DNA from: Tubulanus polymorphus
Lineage: Eukaryota > Animalia > Nemertea
Direction: 5' to 3'
Assembly (NCBI RefSeq): GCF_964204645.1
Contig: NC_134030.1
Location: 9,885,222 to 9,949,221, forward strand
Length of the DNA: 64,000 nucleotides
Shown: piece by piece, positions 30,154 through 52,743 of the stretch
Layout: each line of letters opens with the position of its first letter
How positions within the stretch are numbered: the first letter of the stretch is position 1
Translations under genes and position numbers: made by a program
The notes under the pieces: model-generated
The model's input: the letters and a program-made list of their open reading frames with translations, nothing else
The model's database searches: none
Told to the model about the DNA's origin: nothing

Positions 30154-33100
30154 ATGGCGGCCTCCATGAAAAAGTCGAAACAAAAATCGAAAAAACCCTT
30201 GTCCAAAGATGATCTGAGGCGTCTCATGAAAGTACATCGCACTGAAATAACTAAAAAAGTAGAACATCCATGCGCCAAGTGAGTTTTGATCAGGAAATTT
30301 GATTCGTGATATATTTGGAAAGTGTTTATTTATTGGCAGATTGCATTTCTGGTTGTTTCAGTTTGTTTGTTTGTTCCCCTCTTCGGCCTCGGCTCCGTCC
30401 GGCCCTCGTATTCCTCTCTCGGTCTCTGACTCTGCATTTCTACATGTTCCAAATACATCAGGGTCTTGTTAAGGGCACATATTCAAGGAGTTTTATCTTT
30501 CGATTTTTGTGTTGTGATATTCTATAGTTTTAGTTTGATTTATTTTGCCATTTGATCGTGTTTCAGATATAATTCTTTAGATCAGCTTATATGCATAGTG
30601 TGCAACTCTCAAGTAAAAAATGAAAAACTCTGGAATGCCCATCTTATGGGCCGAACCCACAAGGAGGTATGATATATGTTCTACATCATTAGTTTTTTCT
30701 TCTCAGTTTTTCTATCATTTGTTTATCGCAACTCTTGCTGATTCCAACCAGAGTCAGTTCAAATGTGCTCCAAATTTGGTATTATTACCCCCAACCTATA
30801 TATAATTCTATACCGTGTATCAGTCATCTAACCCTGGGGAGAAGTAACATCCAAGCAACTGCTTATATTAGTCATGGTTCTATAGTCAATCTAACACCTG
30901 GTAACCTAAGACAAGCTCATTTTGATTCTACAAGAGAATCAACTTAATTCAAATCATTTGAAACCAACGAAATACATTTGACCAGTTTTTTTTATAAATC
31001 TGGGTTAAATATCATATTTTACATGCATTTATTTGTAGATGGACTGAAAGTACATGTAAAGGCCTATAGGGTAATTCACTCTAAAATGAACCAATTAGGC
31101 GTTCAGGAATCATTTATCTGGCCAGCTACCCATTTACTCCTGGGTGGAGAGAGGCAATGAGGATGTGTGTCTTACCTGGAGACACTACTGGGGTTCAAAC
31201 CCATGCATCTCGCATCCAAAAGTCAAATGCTCTAACCATTAGCCCACACCGCTCGCTCATATACATGTAGCCTATTAGATTGTCAAGCTCGCTGATGCCA
31301 GATAGTCATATTTTTAGGTTTTGGACCATTTTCTAAAATGGTCAAAAATTGAATTTGTTCCATATGTCTGACAGAAATTCCTGTTCCAAAAAGATCCGAC
31401 TTAATTCGGATTACAAGAATATATCATATTACCTGTAAATTTAAAGAGTACAAATAAGAAAATTATACGTTTCCGTGTAAATCCTATTTAGAATGTGGCA
31501 GAATTGAAACGACAAAAAGAACAGCCCACTCCGGAGTCACGACCCAGTCACAAACGACGCGTCAGTGATGATGGCAATGATGCAGTTACTAAGAAAACGA
31601 AACAGAATGCGGAAACAACGGAAAAGTAGGTGTAGTAAATATCATATGTTCAGGGCCCAGTTTCGAGAAGGTTTTTGGGCGAAAATTTTTGATTTGATAG
31701 CTATGGGTTACTTCATGTTTTCAATGACTACAATTCATATTTTTTAAGCTTTAACTTTCTCATGAAACTGGACCAGAGGCTAGTGCTGGTGCTAGTGAAC
31801 AAAGTTTTTCGAACGACTGACCCTTGTTAAAGAATTCTGTGCCCGGTTCAATTTTAGCCACTTAATTTGAAGCAACGTTGAGAAACTGACACTGATCCAA
31901 ATATTTGTTCTCTGGCTTCTGTTACGAGACCCTTATTTTCATACTGTCCGTCTGTGTGTCTGTCTTTCAGCTACTTAGCTTCGTTAATAGTGGGTCGCTC
32001 TTGATGAAACTTGGTTACAATGTTAGTATGGGGGTCTAGTTGTGCCGTGCAAAGAATGGGCCCAGTGCGCCAGCTAGCGGCATAACTAGGCACTAAAAAC
32101 TTCAAAATTCATAAAGGTGTCACAAGAAGATATAGCTATTGGCACTAAGTAGATACAACATATCCAAAATGCAATGGGAACTAATGCATGGGATCGAATT
32201 TCAGGGTTTAACAGTTCTCGCCTATGGCTCGTTACTTCTAAACTGAAGTACATGTATATGGATAACAATTCAATCGCTTTTGTCGTAATAATTTATTTAT
32301 TTCTTGTTTAACACAGAGCTGGAGGAATTGTCTCATTGGGAAGTTATGACTCCTCAGATAACGACGATGATAACGAAAATGAAAAAGATAAAGAAGACGA
32401 ATCATCGCCGGCTAATAGTAACCAACTCAAAAATCAACTCCCTCCAGGTTTGTGGTTTGTAATTTTTTTCAAAACACAGCCCTCACATAGCCAAGTCGCC
32501 CTCATCGATTAAAGTGCCCATTAGAATTTTCAGCTCCCACCCCGTTGGAAGAATCCTAAATTCAACCAACAACAATAGAAATCAATTTTATGATAATTTA
32601 TTATGAAAACGTGCCCTTTGTCTCAGTCATTGCATTGTTGTTCATTTATTGTAGATTTCTTCGATAAAGACGTTCAGCCCGGCTCAAGTGCTGAACAAGC
32701 AGTTGGAGATGAACTTCTGACGAAGTCTGCATCGATGGCCGACGCATTACCTGAAGGTTTCTTTGATAACCCTGTAGAAGATGCCAAGGTAAAGTTTAAT
32801 CCATATCTCGATCTAAACTGGATATTACGGTATACATGAATTTAGAGTGAAGCCTATTGAAGTTGGATCTTTTTGAAACCGGAAGATCCGACTTAGTGCT
32901 AAAATTCAACATTGGGATCATTCATTTATTACGTACGCCTAAAATTTGAATTTTTCAACCCCCCCTCCCCCTCTACGCAAAATCAGCCATTTTTTTCATA
33001 TACATTAAGCATTGCAGTACGCAATTGCACTGACCCATCCCCCTCCCCTAATACGTACGTAATTAACCAATGACTCCATTGCAAATATAGAAAATGGTGC

Positions 33101-34948
33101 AACATATTCATTATGCCTTATGCGGACATTCGGCATAAGAATCTAAGCAGGCCGGAGTATATATGACGTATAAATGTAAAATGTGAATTTCATTGATACC
33201 GAATGATCCTGATTCGGCCGCCGGTTGGCTGGATCATGTACATCGGTACTTAGTACCGGTAATCGCACATTGGTACCGCCGCGGATAACTATGATTGTCA
33301 TTTTTTCAATGCAGGTCCGTCAAGTGGAGTACAAAGACAAAATGGACGATGAATGGGAACTCTTTCAAAAGGCTATGAAAGAAGAAAAATTAGTAAGTTT
33401 CGCCTTTCGGTCTTCATCGTGAAGAATCTAATCAATTTCGAGTCTAACTGCTTTCCTACCTTATTCAGTGTCTATGATGGTTGATTATTAGTAGATACGT
33501 ATGAGTACTTTGTACCAAAACATAGCAGTAATGATTCACCAGAAACTATGGACGAATCCCTTTACTGATAAAAGTCTTTACAGTTCAACGCATCATTCAG
33601 GCTGTCAAGCCCAAGTGCCTAACTGAGATATAAAGTCGTGATTGATTGCCAATAAAATCCATCTCGCGATGTCTTGCATTTTACAGTAAACCTCGGACAA
33701 ACTGGGACTGACAAAATTGGTCCGAGGTGAGGAAAGTTCGAGTTAAAGCTATAAAAAATAAGTTAGGAAATCACAAAATTGATTTGGTTTTTGTCCGAGT
33801 TAGTCGAAAGTTGGGGTTGGGCATGTAAGGCGAGATTTACTGTACGATGTATTAACTTATTGATGATTTCTATTCCCACGTGGTACCATTTGTTGCGATA
33901 TCGATTTGCTTTTTATTTCGCTGTCCGTTATTACGTAGGTGTCCGAGGCTATAATCGAGGATGAGGAGGAACACATTACTGAGGAGAGAAACATCGAGGA
34001 AATCGACGATCAAATGTAAGTACCCGGTACATTGAATCGATTGCAAATTGATGGATCTGATTTTTGCCTCGGTATGGTAAACTTTCTCCGAAGAGTTTTC
34101 AGGAACTCTCAGCAGGGATTCGAACCTGATGTCGTCGATCGACTCGGGCCACGGCACGAAACCCCATCAACACAATACCGGATGCGCAGTTTTACCGATG
34201 ATGCAAATTTCACAGATTTCTCAATCGTTAATGTTTGGTATTGTAAAAATACCATAGTCGTAATACTGCTTTAATTTGTCACTATGCCAGCTATCCTCCG
34301 TGTTAACTTATACTTTTGGTGGACGTTGCTTCAAATCTATTGCTTCATCTCTGTGGATTCTCATTAGATTCAGAGATTCGAAAAATTGACGATTTGAACA
34401 CATTTAAACACAGTCTGAAACACCTGGGCCCAGTTTCACGAAAAAAGTGTACGCCTAAAACGGTTAAGTTTGATTTGTTGTCCTCATTGAAAAAATGAAG
34501 TAGACCAATAGCAATTACGCACAAATTTTGGGTTTAAACTTTTTTGTGAAACGGGGCCTGCTTTTCTGCAAAGCGTATGGACTGTAGATGCAGCTTTCAC
34601 TAATTTTAAAGTGCTGGTTGACATTTTTTTAAATAAAATAGGTAGGCGCTCTACAAATTTTCAGATTATTATTATGATTACTATGAACTGAGCCAAGATG
34701 ATTAAATCAGTGGAACAAGTGAAATTATTTTTTTTGCATATTTTACTCGAGCTAAAATAAAATACAATCTTGAAATTTGTTGCAGGCGTCGGTGGTCGAA
34801 AGTGCACGCTTTGGCCCAGAAGAAAGAGCAAATAATGCAGGAACATAATCTAAATTCGGCGAAGGGATCGGAAAGTGATAGTGACATTGATGAACAGGCG
34901 TTCGATGAATTTCTCGACTGGCGGTCGAAGTCCGCGTGGAAATCGTAG
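30154..34948 (+). CDS. ZNF830: ZNF830 copy 2; exons 30154-30278, 30567-30666, 31492-31625, 32317-32447, 32655-32788, 33315-33392, 33939-34015, 34786-34948
   Basis: Same exons as copy 1 at +10286; no coding difference noticed. Confidence 0.9.
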
Positions 34949-36037
34949 CACACGGAATATTATGTTAACTGCCGAACAGTGTTGCTAAAAGACTTACGAA
35001 ATGAGAATTTAAATAATATGCTAGCTGAATTCAGAATAATACTAGACGATTTACACAATACGCCAGATGTACGAATAAAACTGGTTATGCTCTTATTCAG
35101 GATTGCATTAACCTGTCAGTGCTATTCTTATCAGATTAAGTGTAAATACTAGCAAGTGTTCCATATTGTTTTTGGAAAATGTGGATGAGAATTGATGTGT
35201 AAGGAATAAATGCCAAGTTAAGAAAAGCCATTTCAGAATTTTTATGGAGCCAGATATTTTCGATATCGATTTAGACCGCGCCTGTTTTTCCTGCTGTATT
35301 TCAGTATTTTTTGATGTCTCGGATTATAGATGTGGTGGCCGGGAGACTGAAAATCAAGATCCAAATGTTCGATCCAGATTTGAATCCGATTCCGTGTTAT
35401 ACATCAGTATTTTTTTCTGATCCGATTCCGTCTGTTACGCAATACTCGTGGACCCGGAAATAAATGGTGGTGATGCAACTGTCAAATAAATTACGAAACA
35501 TCAAATAAGCATAGATTAGTGAAATAATTCTAAGGTTCGAAATCGAAAAAAGGGTAAGATTCAAGAATAGGGGACTAGTGGTTAGGTTTAGGGTTAGGTT
35601 TAGTTCCCTAATCATCATTAATTACTGTATACATTACTATCATTATATATCATCATTATCAATTACTAATATTATTACTTAATTGATTACTATCACTACA
35701 TATATATTGCTATAGTCCCCTATTCTTGAATCCCCCCGAAAAAAGCGTGGGTATTAGATAATAAAACTAAAATCAGTTGACACTAATGTCTATTTCAACT
35801 TGACTTGAGCACACTTGACTGTTGATAGCACATCAAGAGGCCTAGCTCGTCAGCATGGTCAGTTTTGCGGGGAGTTTTTTGATGTACATAATTATTAATA
35901 AATTTTAATTAAAATTGTAGTAATAAGGTGGCGCCGCTATCGATCGGTGTCTGGGATTGATATAGTCAGTTACCTAATCGTTGGTGGTAAGCACAGGGTT
36001 AGATCAAAATCAGGATTCGATTAAATCAAATGTCGTA

Positions 36038-44385
<8,348 letters not shown>

Positions 44386-44974
44386 ATTTCCCCACATCCC
44401 ATGGTTGTTACGCCGGTGTGTATCGTAAATAATTTGATGGTCATCAATTTGCTGAAGCGTGTAAAAAGAAGCGTCAACGACTGTGATTTATCTACAATGT
44501 TTGTGCGAATGGGACAATATATCTCTATAACAGCACGTGAAAGCAGACTCCTCCTAATTCTACTTAATCAGAACCGGTGATAGTTAGGTGATGATTCGAG
44601 TTTGACAATCAACGTCTTGAATTCATATTATGCATTGAAATGGTGCGCAGCTTTGCGGTGTTCGAGTTAAGTGATTATTCGACTTCAAATTGATTCAAGT
44701 TAATCAGAGTTTGACGTATTTCACTGGGTACTCTAGCTGCTGGAGTCTCTGCTGTATCACTGCAGTGATATGGTATATACTGCCGCCTGCCTGTCTCAAG
44801 ATATGCAGTCATCGCGATACACCCCCCCCCCCCCCCCCGATACACCGCCATACCCGCTATACCGCCAAAATCACGAATCCCCGATGTTGGCGGTGTATCG
44901 AGATATGACTGTAATTTTTGTTAACTCCATAGGCTTCTGTTCTCGTCTGCTAAACTACCGCTACTAGATATCAG

Positions 44975-46200
44975 TTGTTGTCTGGCGAACACCAGTTTGA
45001 ATACAATATAGTGGACCTCTGTAGTATCCTCGCCCCGCTTGTCAATCATATTAGCATGAGCATGTGCAGTCTGCCGAGTCGGAAATAAAACAGTTGTATT
45101 CTGCACATCAAACGAAAAGGTCATCTCTCATTCTCTCTGCATCGAAATGATTTCTACTTTGGAACTCCAAGATCTCCACATTTGGTGCCGTGACCAGGAT
45201 CGCTGAGAAAATGCCCGAAGACAATAGGAGACGACTTCTACGCTTACGAGGTCCCTATCGGAGCCCGATTACAAAAACGAAAGACAAGATACAAATCATT
45301 CTATACAGCAAGAAGATTATCCGAAACAGATTACGGACTCCGTACGTTCAAAAAGTCGACAAACTCATAGCATTAGATGACAGCATACTCCATTTAGCGA
45401 TGCTGAAATGGAAGAATTTCTCACCACATCCGACGATTACAACACAGAATTGGCCGAACAAGGACAATTTTTCAATTAAGAATCGAGAAGTAAGGCTACT
45501 GCAGTTCTCCAACTCAATTAAACTCAGGATGTAAACGAACAGTGAATCTTCCGAAATAAACTCTTACATAAGAGAAAATGATGTTCGATGGGAACATTTT
45601 GGACTGGGTGGAATTCTATGAGGCATTCAACTCCGCCGTGTCATCCGATCAAAAGCTTATCCAATGTACAAAAATCCAATACTTGAAAGAATACTTATAT
45701 ATCCGTATGATTTCGTTTTTCTTCTCTTCATTTTCATCTTATTTATTTTTCTTTCTTCTCTTGGGCTGCATTCTTTTGTATAAGCTAACTGTTGCTTCAA
45801 AGCGGTCCTACATTTTTAATGTATTTTCTTACACATTAATTTTGTAAAAATTATACTTGTAAATAAATCATATCATATAGGCCTATAGTCAAGGTCCAAC
45901 TCGAAGGAGAAGCGACCCACGTGATCAACGGACTTGTGTTAACAGAGGGAAATTATGGACATGCCATAGAACGACTTATCGACAGGTATGGTCAGAAACA
46001 TATCATAATCATTGCGTACATGCGGGCATTGTGGGAATTAGGAAAACCGTTGAACAACTACAATTCGTTGAGAGAATTCTATGATAAGTTAGAATCATAC
46101 ATTCGTGCGCTGAAATCACTTAACAAACCGGAGGAGGATACTGCAGTAATTCAGGAACGAAAAACATCTACGTACCGATCAACAGATTACACGTCAACGC
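44975..46200 (+). mobile_element. Degenerate BEL/Pao LTR retrotransposon: 5' LTR (~44975-45180), tRNA-His-like PBS and broken gag (DUF1759-like)
   Basis: TG...CA segment with AATAAA, then TGGTGCCGTGACCAGGAT (45183-45200). Gag fragments FDGNILDWVEFYEAFNSAV..KIQYLK and LEGEATHVINGLVLTEGNYGHAIERLIDRYG..LREFYDKLESYIRALKSL. Confidence 0.85.
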
Positions 46201-48320
46201 GGTGGCAATATTATTTGACTAATTACAGATTTACGGGTCTCACTATATTAAAAAGAAAATTGAGGCTGAAAATAGATCCGAAAACATGTTATTTTGTTAT
46301 TCGTCAGAACGTCAGAAAAATTCGCTATTTTCCGAAAAATCGCTATTTTTGATTTATTGGTTTCATGTTGGTTTCTACTCCTCTATCTCTCTTTGGTCAA
46401 TTCGCTGTTTTTACGGAAAATCCCTATTATTCTCCTTATTAATGTTTGTCAGAACCTGCAGTTTTTACTACACCCGTAACTGAACTTTCCGGAGGGGGCT
46501 TTTACTCTAGAAAATTGAGAAAGGCTCTTTCCCCAGCGAATATAAAGGGGTACGTACATCATTGATCACTGACTTACTAGCCTCATCAGCTAAGAAAAGA
46601 GTGAAACTCAATTTCAATATCCCGGTACAATATATAATTTATTCAAATACGATTTATGTATGATTCGTCCATTTGATTTACAACAATCTGGGCATGTCAA
46701 TTTTCCCCTCGGTTTTCTCCTGACCCCAACACATCTATAGCGAAACTACTTAACCTCACAGTCTTCATCGTCGCAGCATATCATTTTCCCGAACTCTGCC
46801 TGAAAATGTAACAAAATAACTTAATGTCACAGTACAGAGTTCCTTGAATCACGATGCTAAACAGATACAGTAATGGTACTGGCAGTCACTGTAACAATTT
46901 TGTTTAAACCAAATGAGCAAATTGATTGTCTTGTTGTTTCAATTTATCCTTTAATATTTTTCTCAAATGGGTACCCCAAATTAACAAACTATGAATTATT
47001 GGGTATCAAGTTTGAAATTGATTCAGTAAAATCCTTAACCCAAATTTGGATTATGATACATTACAATCGACTGTTTAAAAATGCAAGCACATTCCTTTCT
47101 ACATGAACACCAAATTTGAAATTTAGACAAGAGTTGTCCTTTCCAATAGTTAACTGCAATCAAATTACTAACCAGTCATTTGGCCTTCGTCGTCAACCTT
47201 CCCTTCCTTTTTTCTTTGGCATGGCCAGATTGTCGAACCATCCATAGCCGAAACAAAATATTGCTTCATTGAAATCCCTTCTAAAGATATGAGATATAAG
47301 ACTTTTGGCAGAAAAATAAAATGCTGAAATGCTTTTATCAAACTTAAGGTAAATCTCACCTGGCTCTGGTTGGTGAATGATATCGTTAACAATTGGAGGA
47401 TCCGGTTGAGTTTCGATTTCTGAAATATCCAAATGTCAATGCTATTTCTTAATAATTCCTTTTAAATCTTACACATAATCTCATACAGAACTTTTTTTAC
47501 ATACCTTTTAAATGATTCCACAAAGCGTCCGATAAATTGGAACTGCCATTCCCGATACAACAGTCTCGAATAGTATGCTGGCCGTTCGCCCTCCAATTCT
47601 ACCAGCTGCTTCTTTGAACTGCTTCAAAGAAACAGTTAAAAGTGATTGCCTCTGCAAAAGCACCTTTAACAGCTTCTGGGGCCTTACTGCAATACTCTCT
47701 CGGTATGTCTTATTTACATGAGACATTGATGTCTTGATATATTGTAATAACTGTAAAAAATTTCACAAAATCCATACCTCCCAGAAGCACAGCAGTAAGG
47801 TATGAACTGCGATTGGAACACTCTTCCAGAAAAGTTTCGAATTCCATCTGTATTCGGTATTTGATGAAATGGGCACATTGGCACCCCTGGAAAAATGTCG
47901 TTCAACTAACATTTCGTGCCAATCTTAAGCGTGTAATAACTCTTCATTGGGCTGGAGCGGCATATTCGATTGCAGCTGCAAAGTAGGTGACGCGTGAAAG
48001 TTTTTCTGGATTAGCGACCCAGCAATCCCAAACAGTGAGTTCGAAGTCTATCGATTCAAAGTTACGGAGCCGTAAGCTCACCGTTCATTCTAAATGCTAC
48101 TGTTAAAAAACATTTGATGAACTTTGATTCCGATGCCTCCCGTGTTTTGGAAAGCGATGGTCGATAATATCATCACGGGTGTAAACTCGGAGACCGAAGT
48201 GTTGGACTTCTACCGAAAGCCAACCGGATAAATAATGAATTGATGGAACTTAAGGGAAGTTGATTTTTTGCACATTTTGCTCGAACTTGAATAAAATGTC
48301 ATCTTAAAAATTTGTTGCAG

Positions 48321-48430
48321 GTCGGTGGTCGAAAGTGCTCGCTTTGGCCATAACGAAGGAGCAAATAATACAGGAACATAATCTAAATTCGGCGAGAGGA
48401 TCGGAAAGTGATAGTGACATTGATGAACAA
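48321..48430 (+). pseudogene. ZNF830: Degenerate orphan copy of ZNF830 exon 8
   Basis: GTCGGTGGTCGAAAGTGCTCGCTTTGGCC...GGAACATAATCTAAATTCGGCGAGAGGATCGGAAAGTGATAGTGACATTGATGAACA matches 24502-24610, including the upstream intron. It has indels and is 3'-truncated; no earlier exons are present. Confidence 0.9.
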
Positions 48431-48582
48431 GTGGAACTCCGAAATATTTTTGGGGCTGAAAGCTCGGCAGTCGCTTATCGCGCCGCCAGTAGGGAATTGC
48501 CGGTGAGATGTCCCCTCGGTTCAACTTCAATTTTGGCTATTTCTAGTTGAAGAAAATTGTAGTTTTTAAATTTTTGAAAAAA

Positions 48583-48745
48583 ACGACGTTTCGATCTCAC
48601 CCTGGAGATCATCGTCAGGGTGACCTGACGATGATCTCTAGGGTGAGATCGAAACGTCGTGTCTTTTGTATATTTTAGATTCAATAAATAAATTCTGGGT
48701 TTTAAATTCTTTTAATCTGTAAATAGTGGGATTTTATCTTATTAT
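48583..48745. mobile_element. Palindromic Penelope-like mini-element with hammerhead cores on both strands
   Basis: CTGACGA T GATCTC TAGGGT GAGATC GAAAC GTC at 48625-48658 (+), mirrored at ~48585-48618 (-). Confidence 0.75.
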
Positions 48746-49774
48746 AGGGAGGGTGTTTATGCAAAATTTTAGGAAGTCATAGATAAACACATTTCACTAA
48801 GCTTGTAGAGGTCATCAATGTTATCTCAGTCTGAAAGGAACAATTTAAAGAATTTTTGGTCAGAAAGTGAATGGAACTCTTTCCGGATCCACCAATAACC
48901 TAACGCCCCGCAAACGACATCGCCTAGATCCACGTCGAGATGTACCAAATAGACTTGTTGTGATTCAGGATTGCATTAACCTATATTCCTATAAGATTAA
49001 GCGTAAATGCCACTGAGAAAGTGTGGTTCCATTGTTTTTGAAATGGGACTTGTCTACGGGAATGTAAAGCCGGAATAAATGCCAAGCTATTTCAGAATTT
49101 TTTATGGGGCCAGATGTTTTCGATATCAATATTTAGACCACGCTTGTATTTTTCCTGCTGATATGTATTTCAGTATTTTCTGTGTCTCGGATTAATAATA
49201 GATGTGGAAGAAAATCTAGGTAATGCGAATGTTCGATTCCAGATTTGAATCCGATTCCGTTTTATACATCTGATTTTTAGTCCGATTCCGTCTTTTACGT
49301 AGTACTCGTGGACCCGGAAATAAATGGTATGAACTGTCAAATTAGAAATTAATTCTAAGGCCCTAATTCGAAATCGCAAAAAAGTAGGTATCAGACAAAA
49401 AACTAAAGCAGTCAAATCAGTTGACACTACTAGTGAGTTGCCATGTATAGTCACATTGTCAATTCATTTCACACACACCCTCAGGCACAGAGTCTGAGAT
49501 TAGATGACAGAAAATGAAACTGCTAAAGTTAGTTTCGTCGCCATAGAGTAGACACTGCCCCAATGATGTTGTAGTTTTTTAACTTGGATTGGAGCGACTG
49601 TACATAAGGTGTCCCTTATGGTTATGTGCCTAACCTTGTCCTTACCATAAAAACTTACTTTTATTTTATTACACTACTAGCCCCATGCAATTCAATTGGA
49701 AAGTGACCTATAAACTGCAGTTTGATATTCATTTTTAGATCAAATCAACAGGATTCATTAAATCAAATATCGTA

Positions 49775-52426
49775 ATGTCCTATCCACCTCCGTCAACCGG
49801 ATATTCAGGCTATCCACCTCCTGCCGGACAGCCAGGGTATCCACCGCCGACTGCAGATCCAGGGTATCCATCATCCGGAGGACCGCCGGGATATCCACCA
49901 CCACCAGGCGCATACCCGCCCATGGAACCACCTCCAGCCTATACACCACAAGGCGCACAAGCACCACCGCCTCAACAGAAAACCATTTACGTTCAACAGA
50001 AAAAATCAAAGGTCGGTTATAACTAAAAGCCGTACAAAAGAACACTCTCAATAATTGTTTAACAAGTTGCTGATATCTTTGAATATATTTCGGCAGTTGC
50101 TATATTTACGTCATTCCCTCAAATGACATTCAATAATTCCCTGTGAAATCAATTTAGTGGAGCTGCTCTACTTGAGGTTTAAAAGGGGTTGCCACCCCTT
50201 TCATGTTTACATCCACCACTCTGAGAATCAGCCACCCCTTATATCTTCTGTCCCTACCAGAGTTACTGACAATATGTTATCAATGTTGATAATGCTTTGA
50301 AATATATTGAGCTGAAAAAAAGAAGATAACATCAAAATTAAATTTAAATTTTCTGTAGTTTTTTGGCTGATCAAAAGCCTTGCTACTTCAGCGGTCATGA
50401 TGCCAGAATGCAGTCCTTAGAATACCAGCTTACGGAGAACACTGAGCCTAACCTGACGTTACGATACCTTAGCCATATTTTAACACCGCGTTAAATCTAC
50501 ACTAGATTCATAGAATTTTTTATTCTTTTCTAGGGACTCTTCGGATCACTGATGCAAGACCTCTCTCAGGGGGTTGATTCACTTTCAAATGATTTTCACA
50601 AATACAGTTCCGATAATGGCGGCATATTTGTAAGTTTTTAAGTCAGATTTAGAAAGAGATGAAAATATAATTATTATTGTCTTTGGCCTGGTTCCACAGT
50701 CGTGAGTTAAGGTTTGACCCCGAGTTAAAACATTGAAAATGAACTAATCTTAACTCAGAGTTAACTCTTACCCACAACTATGGAACCGGATCTTGTAGTT
50801 TAGTCTACCGGTATGTGTGATTGGATGTTCATTGAAAAATATTTTCAGAAAAATTTCAACAACGGCAACGTCGTCCAGTTGGTATCTCGATCGAGCGGCA
50901 AAGCATTGCAAATTGTACAATCGGCTGCAGGAGGACTAGTCGTCGATGGTCTAGGCCCTGAAGGACCTCAGTTCTACCACGGTCAGGAAATTCATGCGAA
51001 AACATTCAACATTTTTATTGAATCCGATGTATAGTTGAATCTGGTTAATCTCAATGATCAGTCTAATCCGGATTTCAATCTTATTTGAATATCATTTATG
51101 GTCCATCTGTTGATATGTAAGATTTGATGTCTGTGTGATCAGATTTATTGTTAACCATATGAATTGTGTTGATTCTAAAGGATCTGGATTGAGCGGTTTC
51201 TACTGTAATTGATGCCAGATTGTCCTCTTCGTTTTCAACAACAGAAGAGATTTTTCATCATTGCCTAATTCGCATTTGATGAAGGTCACCGATTAAAACT
51301 TACCTATCTTTCTGTAGAGCCACGACTTAATCTTGGTCTGTATTATATATTTAAACAGCTCACTGGACGGTTAAAAGTTTCTCCAATTACCGAGTTCAAC
51401 TTATAAATAACTGCAACTACCTGGCGATTGTGAATGGATTTACCGTTTTAAGGAATTATGTAAGTGACTGTAAGATTTTGTTACTACATGTGGTCTTACA
51501 CATTTGTATAAACACATTAGCCTTGGGTCAAAGTATGATGGCCCATTTTTTCTTCATCTGTAGCCAAAATGTGGTCACTTAGCCATTTAGTAGAATACTG
51601 GGTAGACACCTCCTTACTTGTTGGTCAACTGCATTTTCCATTGTTTGGAAAACCATTTTCCCTGATTCGGTATCGGGTGAAATATGAGAAATATCTACCA
51701 TCAGGTCACCCTAATGACAAACTCAGTGGTTCACATCGATAAGTATCCATTTGTTTCAGCCACAAGGAACGAATCCGGGTCCAGAAACGCTGTTGAAGAT
51801 GCACTGTGCTGAGGGATCGTTTATTATGTTCGAAAGCACAATCGATCCTGGCCGACATATTGCCATATTACCTGATGGAACTTTGAAATCGGCGCAAGCC
51901 TCTGGCCGAGATGTTCATTCTCAATTTGGAGTCCGTCTCATTGTAAGTAGATCTAGCGCAGTAGCCACTTCTTAACTCGAATTCTTCCAAACCAAATTAT
52001 TACCTTACTCGCTCAAAAGTTGCTGCCAATTGATTCGAGGTAGGAAGGAGTCCAGTAAAGCTGAAAAGAATAATATCTTGTTTCTCCTAGTCGGTCAGGT
52101 CATTTGCAATGAAATGTGTAATTAGTTCTATATTTCTATAGCTGCCTGGTCTGTTATGGTTAGCTTGATTATGATTTAAAAAAAACTATAATTGCCGTAA
52201 CTAATAGAATGATAACCACACTCAAACGTGGTGAACGGATAATAAGAGAAAAACCTACTATCTACAGATTAAAAGAATTTAAAATCAAGAATTTATTTAT
52301 TCAATCTAAAATATATAGAATACACGACGTTTTGATCTCACCCTAGAGATCATCGTCATTAATTTATTTATATATTTCCAGTATTCTCCACATCCCATGG
52401 TTGTGACGCCGGTGTATCGTAAATAA
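49775..52426 (+). CDS. Proline-rich (GYPP repeats, PPxY) plus putative beta-trefoil (FGF/IL-1/fascin-like fold) protein, 264 aa; exons 49775-50011, 50534-50629, 50849-50981, 51359-51459, 51760-51942, 52382-52426
   Basis: GT-AG introns with consistent phases (795 nt). The C-terminal region FNNGNVVQLVSRSSGKALQI..VDGLG..HWTV..VQL..YLAI..FESTIDPGRHIAILPDG..SQFGV shows a three-fold beta-strand pattern; the fold call is inference. Confidence 0.82.
52219..52358 (-). mobile_element. Single arm of the same Penelope-like mini-element, in the last intron just before the splice acceptor
   Basis: Near reverse complement of 19689-19772 plus 16451-16505. Confidence 0.75.
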
Positions 52427-52743
52427 ACTTGATGGCCATCAATTTGCTGAAGTGTGTACAATGAGGTGTCAACGACTGTGATTTGAATTAACTGGCGCAT
52501 GGCAGCCTAATAGCATATATCTGATGTATTTGTAACCGCTGGTAACTAATTCACTATTGTGAACGGGACAATATATGTCTATAACATTAGACAGACAACT
52601 ACTCTGTAGACTCCTCCTTATTCTAATTAATTGGGGCGCACAAAGTTAGGTGATAGTTCGAGTTGGACAATCAACTTTCCGTATTCTAATTAATTGGGGC
52701 GCACAAAAGTTAGGTGATAATTCGAGTTCGACAATCAACTTTC

